In this document: one piece after another, positions 63,804-64,000 of the stretch | How the letters are laid out: each line of letters begins with the position of its first letter | Numbering within the stretch: the stretch's first letter is position 1 | Source: an uncultured Verrucomicrobiota bacterium | GTDB lineage: Bacteria; Verrucomicrobiota; Kiritimatiellia; CAIQIC01; Lenti-01 | NCBI GenBank assembly: GCA_964526745.1 | Contig: CAZGMQ010000005.1 | Location: 10,702-74,701 of the forward strand | Direction: 5' to 3' | Length of the DNA: 64,000 nucleotides | The notes under the pieces: model-generated | Seen by the model: the letters and a program-made list of their open reading frames with translations, nothing else | Database searches by the model: none | Told to the model about the DNA's origin: nothing | Made by a program: the position numbers and the translations under genes

Positions 63804-64000
63804 CCCTATACTCCTCACCTTGACCTCTCCCCTGATTGGAACGCCAACCCAAGCTGGAGAAGTACGGCTGATTGCTATTCTGTTCCAAATATACGCCCTC
63901 GCGCCCGAGACCTCAATGCAAAAACGCTTCACTTGAGATATTTCTCTGGTTTCCTCCTGCTTCGATGTTCTGAACTGGCGTGTTGCCTCAAATAAGCATG

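Overview
High-GC (about 60%) bacterial chromosomal window, mostly densely coded housekeeping and envelope genes. The lifestyle looks PVC-like (Verrucomicrobia/Kiritimatiellae/Planctomycetes-type), but that is inference only. Three features stand out. (1) An extracellular alpha-glucan (starch/glycogen) degradation locus built from three giant secreted multidomain enzymes: a 1802-aa GH13 and a 1275-aa GH57-like protein in tandem at 18.5-27.8 kb, and a 2818-aa GH13 carrying thrombospondin-type-3 Asp-rich repeats at 55.4-63.8 kb. All three carry reiterated CBM-like modules, and the first two share a long conserved module that is also repeated at DNA level. (2) Downstream of an ECF sigma/anti-sigma/CpxP-like module, a duplicated two-gene cassette (small ferredoxin plus a 127-aa unknown protein) with a DUF4126 membrane protein. 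Its second copy is split off by a sharply AT-rich roughly 430-bp island. (3) Several non-coding repeat elements: a roughly 130-bp MITE/REP-like element in at least two full copies plus solo termini, a 27-bp inverted-repeat pair bracketing a low-GC 400-bp segment, and a degenerate duplicate of a radical-SAM gene's 5' end. Other notable items are an orphan hypD, an M14-carboxypeptidase/FGE-domain fusion, a feo locus with a DtxR-FeoA fusion regulator, an HTH-PTS-EIIA fusion divergent from a REC-GGDEF regulator, and a tRNA-Gly. No CRISPR array, transposase or integrase gene was recognised.
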